NCBI GenBank assembly: GCA_965153455.1
Contig: OZ234493.1
Location: 36,818,213 to 36,882,212, forward strand
DNA: 64,000 bases
Direction of reading: 5' to 3'
From: Sphagnum compactum
Lineage: Eukaryota
Part shown: piece by piece, positions 62,613 to 64,000 of the stretch
Numbering within the stretch: position 1 is the stretch's first letter
How the letters are laid out: each line of letters opens with the position of its first letter
Notes under the pieces: model-generated
What the model was told of the DNA's origin: nothing
The model's input: the letters and a program-made list of their open reading frames with translations, nothing else
Database searches by the model: none
Program-made: the position numbers and the translations under genes

Positions 62613-63650
62613 CAAGCAGCGCTCTTCAATGATGCGGCCAGTGGGTCGGATATTTTGGTGGCTAATGATGCTGTTGGGATGGGATTAAACCTTAATATTA
62701 GGCACGTCACCTTCTCCACGATTGAAAAATCTGATGGCACTTCTATGCGGGCTTTAACTGTGGCTGAAATCAAACAAAATTACAGGACACCTGTAGTGTT
62801 TGTATTCTTATTTCAAGATGCTAGTTGCTTTGGTTGTTTTTAGGTTGGTGGCAGTGCCTTCTTCAACCCTTGAATGAGTTCTTTGAACTATTATATGAGG
62901 CCTTCCTTGGGAAAACATACGGGATTATAATGCAGGATGTTTATGCATCAAGCACCCAGCAAATTGTTGCAAAGTTGAAGTTTGACTTGAGTGGAGGAGT
63001 GTTTTGTGCAGGTCGAGCAAGCAGATATGGATCAAAGTTTCCAGAGGGTGCAGTAACATGTTTAGACAAAGAGGATCTTCCATTACTCCACCACTCCTTC
63101 ACTGATCTGACACGCCCCCTCGAGGTGATAACAATACCTGTATGAGGGCTTCGCCAAACAACAAAGGATTGATTCTGCTGTTTGAATCTCAGTCCTTGGC
63201 TAAAAAAGTGGGCGTTGAAAACAAAGTATCTCCGGGTCTTGGTTGGTCATTCCTCACCTTGTTATGAAGAAAGAAATGACATGTAGAACTACTGGTGGTT
63301 TTTAAGGCTGCTGGACTCTTCCCATCTTTTGATTTACTGGCCCTAAATTCGGCATCACACCCAAATATGACATTCTCTACAGTCATGGTAATTTTTGAAC
63401 TCTTTCTCATTGAGCTTTGTGATCTTCGATGACCAATCCGACCCTGGGCTTTTCTGCCTAACACAAGTGTGAATACCAATGTTTCAAATATTGCACTATC
63501 TCACTTGATTATGGTGGTGGGTCTTTCTTTTGTTTTTTGGTTATATGCTAATTAACAGGAGCACCAAGGTGCTAGATTGATCAATATCTGGTTCTTGAGC
63601 ATGGCTTAAGCACAGATGTATCTCTGAAGCATCCTGATCGACATGAGTCG
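62613..63650 (+). pseudogene. SUV3: SUV3-type mitochondrial RNA helicase, degenerate C-terminal exons
   Basis: Exon translations: FNDAASGSDILVANDAVGMGLNLNIRHVTFSTIEKSDG..LTVAEIKQ, GRASRYGSKFPEGAVTCLDKEDLPLLH (63012-63124) and AAGLFPSFDLL (63307-63387). Conserved ASDA, KFDG and RAGR are altered, a donor site is lost near 62788, and no N-terminal exons are seen. Confidence 0.85.
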
Positions 63651-64000
63651 TTCCTTGTTGTAAAACTGGAATTTGAGGATGCAACTTTCATATAGTTAAG
63701 TCTATATTTATGTGACTGAAATATATCATCGAGTGCACACCTCTAGCATTGCTCAAAATTACTGTTGCACATTCTTACACGATAATCACGATTTCAAAAA
63801 ATATCTCACCCGGGATGCCGAATCCGTGAGCAGGGCTGTCACAACACAAATTTATACTATAATTTCGAAAGAAAAAAAACGACTCAGCCATTCTTCAATA
63901 GGAAGATACCTTTACTAAATAAAAATCAAACAAACAGTGAGAAATTTAAAACGACGGGTTCATGAGGTTCTATTTTTTAAGAATCGAAGGTGAACACCTC

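Overview
Eukaryotic, intron-containing, repeat-rich plant DNA. The LTR and simple-repeat families resemble those of a peat moss (Sphagnum-like bryophyte); this assignment is an inference. About 25 kb is Ty3/Gypsy chromovirus sequence: three copies of one element (1-6369 +, 6619-16577 -, 54531-61472 -) and five solo LTRs, each solo with a perfect 5-bp TSD, three of them nested in the pol gene of copy 2. DNA transposons include a hAT MITE (8-bp TSD), a non-autonomous CACTA element (3-bp TSD), a hAT transposase remnant and a possible Helitron. There is also a G-rich satellite ending in interstitial TTTAGGG repeats, and several tandem duplications. Every recognisable host-type gene is disabled: a CLASSY/DRD1-type SNF2 remodeller, a protein kinase, SUV3 helicase fragments and an orphan gene. 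The most unusual item is a six-exon, stop-disabled TET/JBP-family 2OG-Fe(II) dioxygenase gene (44956-46690). It is visible only after manual splicing and directly abuts a Penelope-like reverse-transcriptase remnant. The chromovirus also appears to carry a duplicated PPT and a fossil second LTR in its 3' region. No rRNA, tRNA or CRISPR array was found.
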